Origin: an uncultured Rivularia sp. | GTDB lineage: Bacteria > Cyanobacteriota > Cyanobacteriia > Cyanobacteriales > Nostocaceae | Reading direction: 5' to 3' | Length of the DNA stretch: 64,000 nucleotides | Assembly: GCA_963665115.1 (NCBI GenBank) | Contig: OY762007.1 | Span: 2,880,001 to 2,944,000, forward strand | In this document: positions 32,643 through 44,131 of the stretch, piece by piece | Numbering within the stretch: the stretch's first letter is position 1 | Layout: every line of letters starts with the position of its first letter | The notes under the pieces: generated by a model | What the model was told of the DNA's origin: nothing | Databases searched by the model: none | What the model saw: the letters and a program-made list of their open reading frames with translations, nothing else | Made by a program: the position numbers and the translations under genes

Positions 32643-33584
32643 ATGTCTTCTAAGATACCAGTTTCTGTTTTAATTCCGGCTAAGAACGAAGAAGCAAATT
32701 TACCTGCTTGTCTTGCTAGTGTCGCCAGAGCGGATGAAGTTTTTGTTGTAGATTCTCAAAGTACTGATAAAAGCATTGAAATTTCGGAAAATTTAGGTGC
32801 AACTGTCGTACAGTTTGAGTTTAATGGAGGCTGGCCTAAAAAGAAAAATTGGTCTTTAGAAAACTTACCTTTTCGCAATGAATGGGTATTGATAGTTGAT
32901 TGTGACGAGCGCATTACCCCTGAATTATGGGATGAAATTGCTCTAGCCATCGAAAATGCAGAATACGGTGGTTACTATCTAAACCGTCGCGTATTTTTCT
33001 TAGGTAAATGGATTCGTCACGGTGGAAAATATCCCGATTGGAACCTGCGTTTATTCAAGCATAAAGAAGGTCGCTACGAAAACCTAAATACCGAAGATAT
33101 TCCCAATACAGGTGACAACGAAGTTCACGAACACGTTGTTTTAAGTAGTAAAGTTGGATATCTGACTCAGGATATGCTTCACGAAGACTTTCGCGATCTT
33201 TACCACTGGTTAGCCAGACACAACCGTTATTCCAATTGGGAAGCTCGCGTTTACTATAACTTGTTGACGGGCAAAGGTGATGACGGCACCATCGGCGCAA
33301 GTCTATTTGGTGATGCAGTACAGCGCAAGCGTTTCTTAAAGAAAATCTGGGTAAGATTACCATTTAAACCACTTTTACGCTTCCTGCTGTTCTATATAAT
33401 TCAGCGCGGTTTCCTAGACGGAAAAGCTGGATATATTTACGGACGACTTTTGAGTCAATACGAATATCAAATCGGCGTAAAACTATTTGAATTGCGTAGC
33501 TGCGGCGGTAGCTTGAATACCGTAAACGCCTCTAAAAATACCCAACCCGTGATGCCTGGGAAAGTTAGTCAGTCTGCAACTTGA
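32643..33584 (+). CDS. Family 2 glycosyltransferase
   Basis: IPAKNEE, VDSQSTD, VDCDE, VHEH. Confidence 0.93.
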   Translation: MSSKIPVSVLIPAKNEEANLPACLASVARADEVFVVDSQSTDKSIEISENLGATVVQFEFNGGWPKKKNWSLENLPFRNEWVLIVDCDERITPELWDEIALAIENAEYGGYYLNRRVFFLGKWIRHGGKYPDWNLRLFKHKEGRYENLNTEDIPNTGDNEVHEHVVLSSKVGYLTQDMLHEDFRDLYHWLARHNRYSNWEARVYYNLLTGKGDDGTIGASLFGDAVQRKRFLKKIWVRLPFKPLLRFLLFYIIQRGFLDGKAGYIYGRLLSQYEYQIGVKLFELRSCGGSLNTVNASKNTQPVMPGKVSQSAT

Positions 33585-33730
33585 TGGGGAGAGAGGGGGG
33601 AGATAGGGAGATAGGGGGACAAGGAGAATTTTAACCTTTAACCTTTGACCTTTGACCTCTAACCTTAATTATTCCTAACTCCTCACTATTTCCCAATTCG
33701 CCATGCCCAATTCGCCATGCCCAATTCGCC

Positions 33731-34321
33731 ATGCCCAATGCTCAATCCCTAATTCCCACAACATTAAATACCGAACCTTTTGTAGATTTACGTAAATACG
33801 ACCAATCGGACTTTGACAGAGGACGTGCGGGTTGGTATATATTTTTCTGGTGGTTCGTGCAGGCTATTACCTTTCCACTGACTCTTCATAATATGAGCGG
33901 TATGCGTTGCGCTCTGTTACGTCTATTCGGCGCACGCATTGGAAAAGGTGTATTGATTCGCCCTACCGCTCGTTTTACTTATCCTTGGAAAGTGACTATC
34001 GGTGATTACAGTTGGATTGGTGATGATGTTGTTTTATATAGTATCGACGAAATCAACATCGGTTCCCACTCCGTAGTTTCACAGAAAAGCTATATCTGTA
34101 CTGGTAGCCACGATATCAAAGATCCAGCCTTCGGTTTAAAAACGGGAAAGGTTGCAATTGGTAACGGTGCTTGGATTGCTACAGATTGCTTTGTGGGGCC
34201 AGGAGTAACAATTGGAGCAAATGCTGTGGTTGGCGCTCGCAGTACTGTTTTGACTGATATGCCGGAAGGACAAGTTTGTTGGGGTACTCCTTGTCGTCCC
34301 CGCTATGAAAGGAATCGGTAA
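33731..34321 (+). CDS. WcaF/HpsU-like polysaccharide acetyltransferase
   Basis: Hexapeptide repeats, LLRLFGARIG, YPWK, CTGSHD; start lies within an STRR. Confidence 0.88.
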   Translation: MPNAQSLIPTTLNTEPFVDLRKYDQSDFDRGRAGWYIFFWWFVQAITFPLTLHNMSGMRCALLRLFGARIGKGVLIRPTARFTYPWKVTIGDYSWIGDDVVLYSIDEINIGSHSVVSQKSYICTGSHDIKDPAFGLKTGKVAIGNGAWIATDCFVGPGVTIGANAVVGARSTVLTDMPEGQVCWGTPCRPRYERNR

Positions 34322-34525
34322 TATCAATTATCAATTATCAATTATCAAAGGGTTCGTAGTCAGGAATGCGCGTCCTTAAATAAAGCGATAAATCGCTTAC
34401 TACGAACTTTTTTACATATTTGTAGTGGGAGCGTCTCGCTCCCTCGTTACATCAGTGAGCTTTCTGGCTCGCACTACAAGCTTTCAGGGATAAATTGATT
34501 GCCTTGCTCCCTATCTAAATGTATT

Positions 34526-36772
34526 TCAAGCATAGATTTTTTGCGATTTAGTTGCCTCATTAGCTATAATTCCCACCAAATTCAAACTATGCAAAATTTC
34601 CGTAGCTTGAATCAATTCACTTTGCTTGATTTTACCCATGCGCCCTACCATGATGATACCGTTACATAGGGAAGCCAAAATTCTAGCGTCTACAGTATCT
34701 AAAATAGATGAAGCATCTATTAATACTAGATCGTAGCTGCGCGTAAATATTTCTAAAAGTTCCTTCATCCGCCCTGACGTAAGTAATTTAACCGTATCAT
34801 CTGGTACTGGTCCTGCGGTTAAAACATCTATGGCAGGATGAACAGGCTGCACGTAATCGCTCACTTTACTATTTTTTTCTTCTAATAATAGTAAAGATAA
34901 TCCCCAATCGTTAGAAAGTTCTAGAATTGAGTGCAAGCAAGGTTTTCGCAGGTTGGCATCAATGACTAAAACTCGAGTATGCATTCTAGCTGCACTTACC
35001 GCTAATCCTAATGTTGAAGTTGATTTCCCTTCCCCGCTAGAAGCTGAAGTTATCATCAATGACTGACAGTGCGAGGGATACTTCAATATTTGAATATTTT
35101 GGTAAGCCATATCCAGGTTTTCATGGCAAGGTAAATGAGCGATCGCCTCTGAAAAAGATGAGTATGAATTTTGTGGCGATCGCCCGAAAGAAATTGGTAA
35201 GCCTAAGAATTTTTTCCTTTGACGAGGTGCTGGAAGTTTGGGAATTTTACCAAGCAAACGCAGATTCGTAAATTTGGTTAATTCTTGGGGGGTATAAATG
35301 GTGTCGTTAAATAGCTCTAAAATTAAAGCTAATGCGATACCCAAAACCGGGCCAGTAACTGCACCTATTAATATAAATAACAATCGAGAGCTACCAGTTT
35401 TAGCTCCTGATTCGGGTTCTTCAAGTATTTGCCAATCAAATCCCCCTTGAGCAATTTTAAGCGCTAAATTCTGACGCACTTCCATTAACTGTGCTAGGGT
35501 TTTACGGTTGGTTTCTACTTCTGGCAATAAACGGTTGTATTCGGCGATTAAAGCGGGATATTCATTCAAATTGGAACGCAGTTGTCTTTCAGATTCCATC
35601 AAACTTTTTTGATTGGCACGCAAACCCAAAGCTTCTGTCTGTAATTTAATTAAATCTTCGACTAACTTTAAATCGACTCCTGCAAGCTGCCCTTTTGTCA
35701 ATAATGGCTGTACTGTATTATTGGCATCTGTTTTATCTCCCAAACTTCTTCCGGTTTCCTCTCGCAACAAAGCCAATTGACTTTGACGCTGTTGTACCAG
35801 TTTTTGTACGGTGGGAGAATTATCGGTAAACCGCTGTCTCTCCAGTGCCAAAGCCAGTTCCGTCTTTTGAATCTCATCGAGCAGCGATTGGTAACGAGTT
35901 GACTGACTCAGACGCGAAGATACCAACGCATTTTTTGGAGAAGCAGCAATTTTCTGCTCTACATTACTGTAACGAGCTTCTATATCTCGCAGTTGAGCGG
36001 TGGTAGTATCGAGCTCTTTTTTAACTGCGGCGATAGATTCTAAAAGAATTGTACTTTGTACTTGCGGGTCAACTATATTGTACTTTTTGCGAAACCTCTC
36101 TAACTTTGTCTCTGCTTCGATTACCTGTTTTTTAATTCTGGGAAGTCTTTCATTGACGAAAGCTAACCCTTTCGATAAACGGTCTTTTTGCTGTTGTTTA
36201 TTAAAATCTTGATAAACTATCTGTAACGCTTCGAGTACTTTTTGTGCTTTTACTGGGTTTTTGTCTTCAAAAGATACTTCAAATACTTCTGAAGGTACTT
36301 TCCTAGTTCCCGTTCCTGTTTGTAACTGTGTAACTGTTAATGGTCCTTTTTCACCTTTTTTCCCTTTGATATCTTCTACCGTAATATTTGGGTATATCGG
36401 ACGCAGCATTTCCACTGCTTTAGAGATTAATTTTTTGCTCCGCATCAACTGTAGCTGAGCAGTATAATCTACCACCTCAATATTGGAATCGGTAAAATCA
36501 TTATTTGAACTATCTTGATTATTATAAGTTTTTACACTTTGATAAAGATTGGAACTGACTAACATCTGCATCGAGCTTTCGCGCATCGGTTTGATAGCTA
36601 CAGATAAAAGAGTAGCAACCGACATTACTATGCTTGCGACACCCAAAATTAGCCAGCGTCGGCGATATATTATGGTAGATAGCTGTCTAATATCAACAGC
36701 TTCTTGTGGGGAGGCAATTACCATTTGCCCATTATTTAGACTAGTGTCAACCACCACTGTCATACCTCTCAA
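34526..36772 (-). CDS. Wzc/GumC polysaccharide co-polymerase tyrosine kinase
   Basis: Two TMs, coiled coils, GEGKS Walker A, IDANLR. Confidence 0.9.
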   Translation of the reverse strand: MRGMTVVVDTSLNNGQMVIASPQEAVDIRQLSTIIYRRRWLILGVASIVMSVATLLSVAIKPMRESSMQMLVSSNLYQSVKTYNNQDSSNNDFTDSNIEVVDYTAQLQLMRSKKLISKAVEMLRPIYPNITVEDIKGKKGEKGPLTVTQLQTGTGTRKVPSEVFEVSFEDKNPVKAQKVLEALQIVYQDFNKQQQKDRLSKGLAFVNERLPRIKKQVIEAETKLERFRKKYNIVDPQVQSTILLESIAAVKKELDTTTAQLRDIEARYSNVEQKIAASPKNALVSSRLSQSTRYQSLLDEIQKTELALALERQRFTDNSPTVQKLVQQRQSQLALLREETGRSLGDKTDANNTVQPLLTKGQLAGVDLKLVEDLIKLQTEALGLRANQKSLMESERQLRSNLNEYPALIAEYNRLLPEVETNRKTLAQLMEVRQNLALKIAQGGFDWQILEEPESGAKTGSSRLLFILIGAVTGPVLGIALALILELFNDTIYTPQELTKFTNLRLLGKIPKLPAPRQRKKFLGLPISFGRSPQNSYSSFSEAIAHLPCHENLDMAYQNIQILKYPSHCQSLMITSASSGEGKSTSTLGLAVSAARMHTRVLVIDANLRKPCLHSILELSNDWGLSLLLLEEKNSKVSDYVQPVHPAIDVLTAGPVPDDTVKLLTSGRMKELLEIFTRSYDLVLIDASSILDTVDARILASLCNGIIMVGRMGKIKQSELIQATEILHSLNLVGIIANEATKSQKIYA

Positions 36773-37007
36773 ATCGAAACATTAATTTTTTTTAAGTTCA
36801 GCAAAAATCTAAATATTTCTATACACCCTGATTTGCTCTTAAAAAGAACAATTTAAATCCGTTTTATTTAGATGAATAATTTATCATATATAAGCCTTCA
36901 AATTCATAATTACTTCCCCAGACTGTGAAACTATTTACTTACAACTAACCTGCATCATATAGAGGATAACTATTTGATTTTTGAATTATTTTTGAAAAAA
37001 ACGATCC

Positions 37008-37221
37008 TATTACAGTACGGCGTAAATAAAGCACCCATTTAAAAAGTTTGAAAGCCTTATCATACAGCATATTTAGTTTTGGTGAAGTACATTCTGACGG
37101 GCAGGGATGCCCATCCCACAAGACTTTCGGAATATAGCTTTGTACCTCATTTAGCTGCAAAGGGCTGTATAATACTTTTTACTTCTTACTTTTGACTTTT
37201 TACTTCCGCGCAGCGGTACTA
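37008..37221. mobile_element. MITE A with nested MITE B (37065-37167)
   Basis: Direct comparison with 718-826 and 5674-5776; TA target duplication. Confidence 0.9.
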
Positions 37222-37408
37222 TGCTTTCTATTACCTGTTCTCTACCCCCCATAAATATATTTCAAAATAAAACTTGTAATTCAAACCTGATTGCTATAAA
37301 TGATTCAAACTCGGGATTAAATATTGCTGTTAATCCGATATTTAAGTATAATTTTATTAGCTTGGGATTGGGTAACAAAGCTTTATAAGTCAACAAGCTT
37401 GAATATAA

Positions 37409-38473
37409 TTATCTCAGAGAAGAACGAATATTCTTTACGAGTTTGTTTAAGAAATCTAAGTGGCCCTTACTGTTCAAACTTAATTTGTCTATTATAGTAA
37501 AATTAAATTTATTTTTTGCTTGCAGAATATTTTGAGGGTTGGATAAAAACGCAGCAATTTTAAATCGCTTATCTCCAGGATTCCAAACTGCAAAATCCGC
37601 ACCGATACTATTCAAAAAAGCTTTTGCTTTACCAGAACCACCCAAGCTGTAAAATGGTACGCCCAACGCCAGGGCTGTTAATCCCAAATGCAGTTTGTAC
37701 GATACAACTAAGTCAAGTGAAGCAAGAAATTCAAGTGTTGACTGAGGATCTGTATACACATGATATTTGATATTACTAGATAGTTGTTTGGGTCGCAACT
37801 CACTATTTATAGATGATGATGGTAAATATGTTTTTATAAAATGGAAAACAATATCTCTTCTGACAGATGCGATAATACCAAGCTGAAGAGCCAGCCATTT
37901 ACACTGTGAAGTGTTAGGAATATTTATACCAACATTGATGGTATTATTTTTAGTATTATTTTGCTTACTTTGGCTTTTTATTTGCCAAAATTGAGATACT
38001 GACAGCAACACATCGGGATAGTCAAAAACTTCTTTTCCAAAATGGTTAATTAGAGCTTTATCTGATTCCAGTCTAACGGTACAAGATTGACACATATTTC
38101 CTTGAAAAAATTCTCGTCTCCAGTATGAAAGCGAAGCATTTCTGCCCAGCCCTTCTCCACCGATAGAAATAGGATATACGGGACAATTTTTTTCAATGCT
38201 AGCTTGATGTAAGCGGCGAAAATCTTCTTCAAAAGGTGCAGGAAATTTTTCGACAAGAAATCCACCACCACCTATAATGCAAAATTTAGCATCGCTAAGA
38301 AGTTCATTCAAAGAGTCAGTAGTTTGAAGTTGATAGCGTTTTGCTAACTGTTTATCTAATCTATAAACAACAGGCTCAACGTCTAGACTTTGAAGATATT
38401 TGGCGAATTGAATGGCCATAATATCATCGCCATAGTTACCATAATTATACGAACCCCAAATTGCAACTTTCAT
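37409..38473 (-). CDS. Polysaccharide pyruvyl transferase family protein
   Basis: GNYGDD, IIGGGG, VR, PD and LH motifs. Confidence 0.85.
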   Translation of the reverse strand: MKVAIWGSYNYGNYGDDIMAIQFAKYLQSLDVEPVVYRLDKQLAKRYQLQTTDSLNELLSDAKFCIIGGGGFLVEKFPAPFEEDFRRLHQASIEKNCPVYPISIGGEGLGRNASLSYWRREFFQGNMCQSCTVRLESDKALINHFGKEVFDYPDVLLSVSQFWQIKSQSKQNNTKNNTINVGINIPNTSQCKWLALQLGIIASVRRDIVFHFIKTYLPSSSINSELRPKQLSSNIKYHVYTDPQSTLEFLASLDLVVSYKLHLGLTALALGVPFYSLGGSGKAKAFLNSIGADFAVWNPGDKRFKIAAFLSNPQNILQAKNKFNFTIIDKLSLNSKGHLDFLNKLVKNIRSSLR

Positions 38474-38654
38474 AATTTATGGGAATTGAGCATTGGGAAT
38501 TGGGAATGGGTAATTGGGCGTTGGGCATTGGGCATCGGGGATGGGTAATAGGGAATTGGGAATTGGGAAATGGGAGTTAGGAGTAATTAAGGTTAAAGGT
38601 TAAAATTCCCCTTGTCCCCTTGTCCCCTTGTCCCCCATCTCTTCCTACTTCCCA

Positions 38655-40506
38655 TTACCCATTACCATTAAACTGATGCTGTGTTTGATGATATTTCCAG
38701 AGTTTACCTTTACGATTTAATAATTCCTGATAGCCTCCTTGTTCTACAATTCGTCCATGTTCGAGAACTATAACTTTGTCAGCTTTGAAAATAGTAGAAA
38801 GTCGATGAGCAATTGCGATCGCAGTTCTTCCATAAGCCAATTTTTCTAAAGATTGCTGTACTAAACGCTCGCTGACTGAATCGAGGGCGCTGGTTGCTTC
38901 GTCTAAAATTAAAATTTCTGGATTTCGTAATAAAGCTCTCGCAATCGCTATTCTCTGCCTTTGTCCCCCAGATAAACGTACTCCCCTATCTCCAAGTTTT
39001 GTATCGAAACCTTGGGGTAATTCTGCAATAAATTCCGAAGCGTTTGCGCCTTTAGCTGCTTCTAAAATAGCTTTATCATCTATATCTTCTAAACCGTAAG
39101 CGATATTTTCTCGCACTGAGGTGTTAAAGATAAAAGTATCTTGACTTACCATCGCTATATTGTTCCGCAACGAAACCAAGGCTGTATTCGCGCAAGTCAA
39201 CTCCATCGATTAATATTTTCCCAAAAGTAGGGTCATAAAAACGTACCAATAAATCCGCTAAAGTTGTTTTACCGGAACCGCTAGCACCCACCAAAGCTAC
39301 GGTTTGACCGCGTTCGATGGTTAAATTAATATCGTGCAATACTAATTGATTTTTTTCGTAACCAAAATTGAGATTTACAAGTTCGATAGCTTGCTGTAAA
39401 CCGGGGAATTTTTTTGTACCATCAGCTAAATAAGCTTTATTATCAGTTCTTAAAAGTTCTTCAACGGCTCTTAACGCTCCAGAATTCATCGCTATTACAC
39501 CCCAAGAACTATTCATATGAGCGATAATCGGTAGCAAGCGAAATAACGCAAACAAAAAAGCTAGCAAAGAAACTACATTGAGAATTCCACTCGATATCAA
39601 AGTGGAAACAGCAACTAAAATCATTGCGACTAAAATTGTGGTAGCCAACGCTTCAATTAACGGTTGCAAAAGCCCGCTAATAGTACTAGCCTTCAACCAA
39701 GCACTAGCAAACTTTTGCGCTACCTGATGAAAACGCTTGCTTTCAAATTCTTGAGTCCAAAATGCTTGTACCGTGCGAATACCACCAATGAATTCTGTAG
39801 TTTTTGCTGCTAATTCTCCACCAGCAGATGTCATTTCAAAGCTGGCTTGACGCACTCTACGAATCCAATTTGATGCTGCTGCTGCTAACAGACTAAAAAG
39901 AAGTACTGTAACTATAGTTAATTGCCAAGAAATAACGAACATCGCGCAGGTGTAAGCTATGATTACGCAGCTTTTAGTTACAAAATTAATTAGTTCGTTA
40001 AAAGCAAAGCTTAGATGGCTAACCTCACCAGAAAAAGTATTTATTAATTCTCCCGAACGTTTTTGAGTATAGTATGAAAGACTAAAGCTTTGAAACTGTT
40101 TAAATATTCGTTTGCGGAGAGTATCTACCAATCCAATTTCGCATAATTTAGCGCAGTAACGCCCGAAATAGCTGAAAACTGCCCTCACCCAAACAGTAAA
40201 TAATATTAAACCAGATATACGCCAAATACGTTCTTGAGCAACAGCTTCAGTTCCCAAAAATCGCATATCAAACCATTCAATACCAGTTTGCAACGGTGGC
40301 CGTTCTGGATTAGTTAATCCTTGCAGCAAAGAGGCGATCAAACCGATACCTACTGCTTCTAATGCCGCTGCCATGATTGTAAAAAATACGGCTATCATTG
40401 CAGTGCGTAACAACGGTTGAAATGCCTGTACAATCAGATAGTTTTCTTGCCAAAAACTAGTAGTTACAAAAAATTTGCGAATAGAAATTGGTAGCTTAAT
40501 TTGCAT
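38655..40506 (-). CDS. HepA-like ABC exporter; +1 frameshift near 39180
   Basis: N-terminal TSFWQENYLI and QTGIEWFD resemble HepA; GASGSGKT, LSGGQRQR, DEATSALD. Confidence 0.85.
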
Positions 40507-40678
40507 TTATATCTAATTTTTGATGATTAAATAGCCTGCTGTAAAAACTTCATATTATTACAGGCATAAAATTCGGCAGACGGAAATTAGTTAATCGAGA
40601 AGAATAAGTATTATACATGATTATTAAAAAAAATTACGTATTCCTCATACCCCCCAACCCAATTAGTACTGCCAAATT

Positions 40679-41599
40679 TTATGAACGCTGTAACTTATCA
40701 AATTTAGACAATACAAAAAAACGCCAACCATTTTGTAATTGGGAATTCACTTTAAATATCAAAGTAATCAACTGCCAAGATTTTCGATAAGGTTTATACT
40801 TAGCAAAAAATTTCAAAGCAGAAATTATATGTATCAGCGTTAGATAGTTAAATTTTGAACGACTACTTGAGCGTTGATATAAATGCAGTGCAGATACTTC
40901 CGGTTGAAATAAAACTCTGTAACCATTTTGCCAAGCATCTACACATAAACTGACATCTTCAAAATACAAGAAAAACCGTTCGTCAAATAAACCACAACGC
41001 TCGACATACTTACCAGATACCATCATAAAAGCCCCAATAGCCCAATTAATTTCTATCGGTTTTCTGGGAGAAGGCATACTAGCATAATAATAATCAAATG
41101 GGCACAGAATATTCTGCAACTTTTCCCCCAATAAATATTTGCATAGCAAAAAGTTAAAGGTAGGAAATCTGCGAATTGAAGGTTGAACTGATTTGTCAAG
41201 ATAAAGTAATTTAGGACAAACAATTGCGATATCTGGTTGGGAATTTAAAGTCGCCTCCAGACAAGAAACTACTTTTGGTTTAAATGTTACGTCTGGATTT
41301 ACTAAAACATAAGTCTTGCTTGGTAAAGCAGCAACAGCCCTATTATTAGCAACCCCAAAACCTAAATTAATTTCTCCTTTTTTACCTATAAATATGTGTG
41401 GATATTTCCGAGAAAAATCATCCAGAATTTGCGGACTGTTATCCTTAGAGGCATTATCGTAAACAATAACTGTACCCCTTCCTGGATAAAATGCCTCAAC
41501 CACTTCGATGCATGATTTAATTGCACCTCTCAAAGTTCTGGCTGAATTATAAGAAACTATTACAAAAGTTATATCACTTTTCGGCATCATGGTAAACAC
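40679..41599 (-). CDS. Family 2 glycosyltransferase (rhamnosyltransferase-like)
   Basis: IVSYN, DNASKD, NLGFG, NPD, FDERFFLYFED. Confidence 0.9.
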   Translation of the reverse strand: MFTMMPKSDITFVIVSYNSARTLRGAIKSCIEVVEAFYPGRGTVIVYDNASKDNSPQILDDFSRKYPHIFIGKKGEINLGFGVANNRAVAALPSKTYVLVNPDVTFKPKVVSCLEATLNSQPDIAIVCPKLLYLDKSVQPSIRRFPTFNFLLCKYLLGEKLQNILCPFDYYYASMPSPRKPIEINWAIGAFMMVSGKYVERCGLFDERFFLYFEDVSLCVDAWQNGYRVLFQPEVSALHLYQRSSSRSKFNYLTLIHIISALKFFAKYKPYRKSWQLITLIFKVNSQLQNGWRFFVLSKFDKLQRS

Positions 41600-42356
41600 A
41601 CCCGTATCCGTATCAAAACGATGCAGCTAGTAAAAATACACTTAATATCTTGTGCTTTTTAGGCTAAACCAATTTAATAACTCCTATGCAAAATTATCTA
41701 AAAATAAATCGTAGCTTGAGTCAAAATTTTAACCCATTTTGGGAGTTTTTCGGCTTTTGCTTTTTTGGTAAGTAAAATTCTTTAGGATTAAATTACAATC
41801 TAAATCGTGTATATATTGCATCCACCAAAAGTTGTAGATTTCACTATCAGGCTTTTGCAATAGTTACTACAGTTACTACCAATTTAGATAATCTATAAGT
41901 AGTCCACTGTACAGAATTAAGGTCAACTTTTAAGTTATGAGAGTGATTTTTTTGCTCCCAGATTATATTGACCCGATTTATTACACATCAAATACTAATG
42001 TTAAGTAATGCAATAAAAAGAATTGTCACAGGTGAGTTGACTTAATTAAGTAAATAAACTTATCATTGGCTAATATTTGATAAATATTGGATAAAGTAGT
42101 AGTATAAATACTTAATTTATTAAAATCAGTTTAAAATTTTGCTGGTATAACTGCGATCTGCTCGCAGCAGCGCTTCACTATCGCAATTAAACGTTTAGAC
42201 AGATTTATTATATGGAAAATGCGATTGTAAGAAATATTGAATGGAAGCAATTTGATTTATAAACAAGATTTATTTGCAGCTAAAAATTCATTGAGAAGTT
42301 TCGCAATACTTTAGTGCTATCTATTATTAATCGTCAGTAATTACTGATTCTTAGCT

Positions 42357-43121
42357 ATGGTTATTAAGCAAAAACCAACGTCAGTAAGTTTTGCATCGTA
42401 TCCTGACTCAGAAAAGCTAATAAAAGAAAAAGCTTTTGTCAACAAAAATTCTTGTAATTATGATTTGGGTTATAAAATCAAGTTAAAGGGTGAAAAACTT
42501 TTAGTTAAGCTAACTTGCAAACGGGAGCATATGCATTTACTTTCTAATAGAAGCGAAGCATTTTTAGCTGACTGGCTGCAATTTTCTCCTGCGACAATAG
42601 TACAGATAGATTCACGGATTGAATTAGAGAAGCTTCAAATGTGGGCTAATCAATGTAAAAGGTGTAAAAAAGCAGTCTTTTTGCGTTTATCTAAAAAAGA
42701 AAAATTTTCTGAAAGCTTTAACAATTTATCTAATAATTTGAATAAGCTCAGTTGGTTTATAAAGCGGTGCTTAGATATTTTCGGAGCATTAATATCAATA
42801 GTTATGCTTGCTCCAGTATTTATTATTTTAGCCTTATTAATCAAGGTTTATTTTCACGAACCGATATTAAAAACACAATGGTGTATTGGTAAGCAAGGTA
42901 AATTATTTAGCATCTACAGATTCGGTGCAAATCTGACAGAATTGAATTTGAATGGTTTGAGCAAGTTGCCCCAATTACTTAATGTTCTCAAAGGTGAAAT
43001 GAGCTTTGTGGGAAGGTTTCCTTGGAGTTTAGCCGAAGTAAAAAAAATGAGCTTATCAGAACAACAATTAGTTAATGTTTCACCTGGCATTGCAGCGATA
43101 ATTATAGGTGGAAAACAATAA
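42357..43121 (+). CDS. HepC-like priming sugar transferase
   Basis: KRCLDIFGA, G-QGKLF-IYRF, LPQLLNVLKGEMSFVG; HepC-type N-terminal domain. Confidence 0.78.
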   Translation: MVIKQKPTSVSFASYPDSEKLIKEKAFVNKNSCNYDLGYKIKLKGEKLLVKLTCKREHMHLLSNRSEAFLADWLQFSPATIVQIDSRIELEKLQMWANQCKRCKKAVFLRLSKKEKFSESFNNLSNNLNKLSWFIKRCLDIFGALISIVMLAPVFIILALLIKVYFHEPILKTQWCIGKQGKLFSIYRFGANLTELNLNGLSKLPQLLNVLKGEMSFVGRFPWSLAEVKKMSLSEQQLVNVSPGIAAIIIGGKQ

Positions 43122-43215
43122 AGAAGGGAACGGCGCATGGGTAACAGGGAACAGTGGTAAGAAGAAAATCTACACCCTTAACCTTCCGCAAAATCCAAAA
43201 TTAGAAAGGTGAATT

Positions 43216-44010
43216 ATGGAAGTAAGTAGAGCAGCTACACTTGCAATAAAAAACTTAGAATATCATCGAGTTGGGAAATGCAACATATGTGGTAAATCTA
43301 CTATTTTCATCTGCATTGATGCAAAAACAGTTCGGAATAATATGTACTGTCCTTTTTGTAAAAGTTCATCGCGGAAAAGACACGTAGCAAAATTATTTAT
43401 TAATAAAGTTATTCCTGATGTTTATAGTCTTGCAGAAGTTTCATCAAATAAGAATTTAGATAATCTAGATAAATTAAACATCTATAACGCTGATGTAAAC
43501 GATGCTTTTTATCAAGCCTTACATTCAGCCACATCATATTACTGTTCTAGCTATGTACCCAACCTAGAAATAGGAACAGAAATTCACGAACAAGTATTTT
43601 GTCAAGATTTAGAAAAATTGACTTTTGAAAAAGAAAAGTTTGACGTAGTAATTACAGAAGATGTATTTGAACATATCAGAGATTATGAGAAAGCTTTTCG
43701 AGAAGTATATCGCGTATTAAAAACAGGTGGATATCATATTTTTACCATTCCCTGCTTTTTTGATAAACCCACTTTGGTTCGGGTTGACACTTCGGGAGAA
43801 GAAGATATCTATCTATTACCCCCAGAGTATCACGGAGACAAAATTCGCGGTAAAATTCTTGCATACAGAACATTTGGAATCGACATTTTTGAAAAATTAG
43901 AAAAAATTGGTTTTGAAACTACAGTTGATTTCTCTAATTATCTAGATAGAAACTACGGAATATTTGATAGTTATGCTTTCTGCTCTAAAAAAGTAGGGAA
44001 TGGGAAGTAG
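43216..44010 (+). CDS. Class I SAM methyltransferase with N-terminal CxxC pairs
   Basis: CNICG, CPFC, FDVVITEDVFEHI, RVLKTGG. Confidence 0.85.
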   Translation: MEVSRAATLAIKNLEYHRVGKCNICGKSTIFICIDAKTVRNNMYCPFCKSSSRKRHVAKLFINKVIPDVYSLAEVSSNKNLDNLDKLNIYNADVNDAFYQALHSATSYYCSSYVPNLEIGTEIHEQVFCQDLEKLTFEKEKFDVVITEDVFEHIRDYEKAFREVYRVLKTGGYHIFTIPCFFDKPTLVRVDTSGEEDIYLLPPEYHGDKIRGKILAYRTFGIDIFEKLEKIGFETTVDFSNYLDRNYGIFDSYAFCSKKVGNGK

Positions 44011-44131
44011 GGGGAGATGGGAAGATGGGGAGACAAGGAGACAAGGAAAAATTATTTTCTAACTCGCTACTCACTACTTACTACTTACTACTCCTAACCA
44101 CTATCAACTATCAACTAACTGGTAACTGAAA

